Below, piece after piece: positions 62,975-64,000 of a stretch of 64,000 bases of DNA. Position 1 is the stretch's first letter. Each line of letters begins with the position of its first letter. Below the pieces are notes generated by a model. That model worked only from the letters and a program-made list of their open reading frames with translations. It had not been told where the DNA came from and searched no databases. This DNA is from Candidatus Woesearchaeota archaeon (lineage in GTDB: Archaea > Nanobdellota > Nanobdellia > Woesearchaeales > ARS49), in NCBI GenBank assembly GCA_016188265.1, contig JACPID010000007.1, positions 15,555-79,554 on the forward strand. Direction: 5' to 3'. The translations under genes were made by a program, and so were the position numbers.

Positions 62975-63481
62975 GTGGTATTATTGTTAAGCTTGTTTAG
63001 TTCAAGAAGAGCTGTTTCTCCGCTAGTTGCTACTCTTTTGCTTATTTTCCTTTCTGTAGCATTAAGTGCTGCAGTCATGACATGGGGCGAAGCTTACATA
63101 GGTGAGCATGCAGGGTTTGCCAGAGGCGCTCCAGAAATTGGTGCTGGATGCGAGATTGTAAAGTTTTCAATAACAACAATTCGAGGAGTGGAGCATGTAT
63201 GTGTTAAAAAAAATGAAGTTGACTTAAGTATTGATAACAGTCCAAATCTAGTTATCAATGACTTTCACGTACGTGTACATGGAACTAAAGGAGTTACAAA
63301 TGCAGTGAATACTTTACAAAGACCATTAAATCCAAATGACGGAGTACGCCTCTTAGTCCCATTTCAAGAAATAGGCCTTCCATTAAAAGTAACAATAACT
63401 CCAATTATATCAACTGATGGTTCAACTCAATTTTGTTCTGAAAAAGCACTGGCAATAGAAACACTGCCTTTATGTGAGTAA
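62975..63481 (+). CDS. Archaeal type IV pilin-like protein (class III signal peptide, DUF1628-like N-terminus)
   Basis: SSRRAVSPLVATLLLIFLSVALSAAVM matches the K/R-R-G/A-(V/I)-SPVIATVLLI archaeal pilin signal. GTG start uncertain. Confidence 0.7.
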   Translation: MVLLLSLFSSRRAVSPLVATLLLIFLSVALSAAVMTWGEAYIGEHAGFARGAPEIGAGCEIVKFSITTIRGVEHVCVKKNEVDLSIDNSPNLVINDFHVRVHGTKGVTNAVNTLQRPLNPNDGVRLLVPFQEIGLPLKVTITPIISTDGSTQFCSEKALAIETLPLCE

Positions 63482-63515
63482 TAAAGCTTTAATAATAACC
63501 TATTATACAAGGACT

Positions 63516-64000
63516 ATGCAATTAGAACTTGATATTAAGAAGAGTGTAGAGCAAAATGCTGAGCTGTATTATCACAGAGTTAAAAAAGCTAAAAAGAAAT
63601 TAGAAGGCTTGAAAAAAGCTCTTGATAAATTCAGACAAGAATTGCATGAAATTAAAAAAAAGAAATCAGAATTATTTGAAAAAGAAAGAAAAAAAGAAGA
63701 AATAAAACCAAAACTTAAGAAAAAATGGTACGAAGGATTTCACTGGTTTATAAGTTCTGAAGGAATTTTATGTGTTGGCGGTAGAGATGCTACTACAAAT
63801 GATATTATAATAAAAAAGTATATGGAGGATACTGATAATGTTTTTCATACTGAAGCTCCTGGCAGCCCATTTTTTTTAGTAAAAAGTGAAGGAAAAGAAG
63901 TTAGTGAACAGACATTGCAAGAAGCAGCTCAGGCAACAGCAACATTTTCAAAAGCTTGGAAACTGGGGATTTCTGTTGTAGATGTTTACTGGGTTAAACC
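63516..64000 (+). CDS. NFACT/RqcH-like ribosome quality control protein (short archaeal form, NFACT-R/DUF814), 3'-truncated
   Basis: ORF not in the track: ATG at 63516, coiled-coil N-terminus, then WYEGFHWFISSEGILCVGGRDATTNDIIIKKY...VFHTEAPGSPFFLVK. Runs off the window end. Confidence 0.65.
   Translation, partial: MQLELDIKKSVEQNAELYYHRVKKAKKKLEGLKKALDKFRQELHEIKKKKSELFEKERKKEEIKPKLKKKWYEGFHWFISSEGILCVGGRDATTNDIIIKKYMEDTDNVFHTEAPGSPFFLVKSEGKEVSEQTLQEAAQATATFSKAWKLGISVVDVYWVK

Overview
Very AT-rich, densely packed fragment that reads as a DPANN-like (Woese-/Pacearchaeota-type) archaeon. Archaeal markers are L7Ae-S28e-L24e, aEF-2, AglB/STT3, Pth2, a class III signal-peptide pilin with its prepilin peptidase, and an NFACT protein. 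Several genes look bacterial-type: HldE, two GT9 heptosyltransferases, an RsuA/RluB pseudouridine synthase, and a bacterial-type AspRS.

Layout:
- 1-21.3 kb: large glycan-biosynthesis island. It holds a B12-radical SAM gene, four paralogous GT-C-like polytopic proteins, five SAM methyltransferases, GT2/GT4/GT9 enzymes, a flippase, AsnB-like amidotransferase and HldE.
- 21.4-26.2 kb: housekeeping genes plus two tRNA genes, each followed by a copy of its own 3' end. Also a candidate small RNA and a nucleotidyltransferase pair.
- 26.3-32.4 kb: ribosomal protein operon, an intein-containing EF-2 and SppA.
- 32.4-38.4 kb: SUF operon (sufB-D-S-U-C plus DUF59) ending in a truncated Dph2.
- 38.9-41.3 kb: 2 kb cassette (thymidine-kinase-like gene plus VapBC) bracketed by 181-bp direct repeats.
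- 41.3-47.8 kb: second glycosylation block with a 1075-aa AglB, then a geranylgeranyl reductase.
- 48.8-56.9 kb: four-gene operon of large secreted or anchored surface proteins.
- 56.9-64 kb: transporter, orphan receiver, Pth2, DUF1461-like protein with a lipobox adhesin, prepilin peptidase, tandem atypical HIT proteins, pilin, NFACT.

No rRNA, CRISPR array, transposase or integrase was seen. All homology calls come from motif recognition by eye, with no searches run. Start codons given by the ORF track as GTG/TTG were moved to a nearby in-frame ATG where context supported it.
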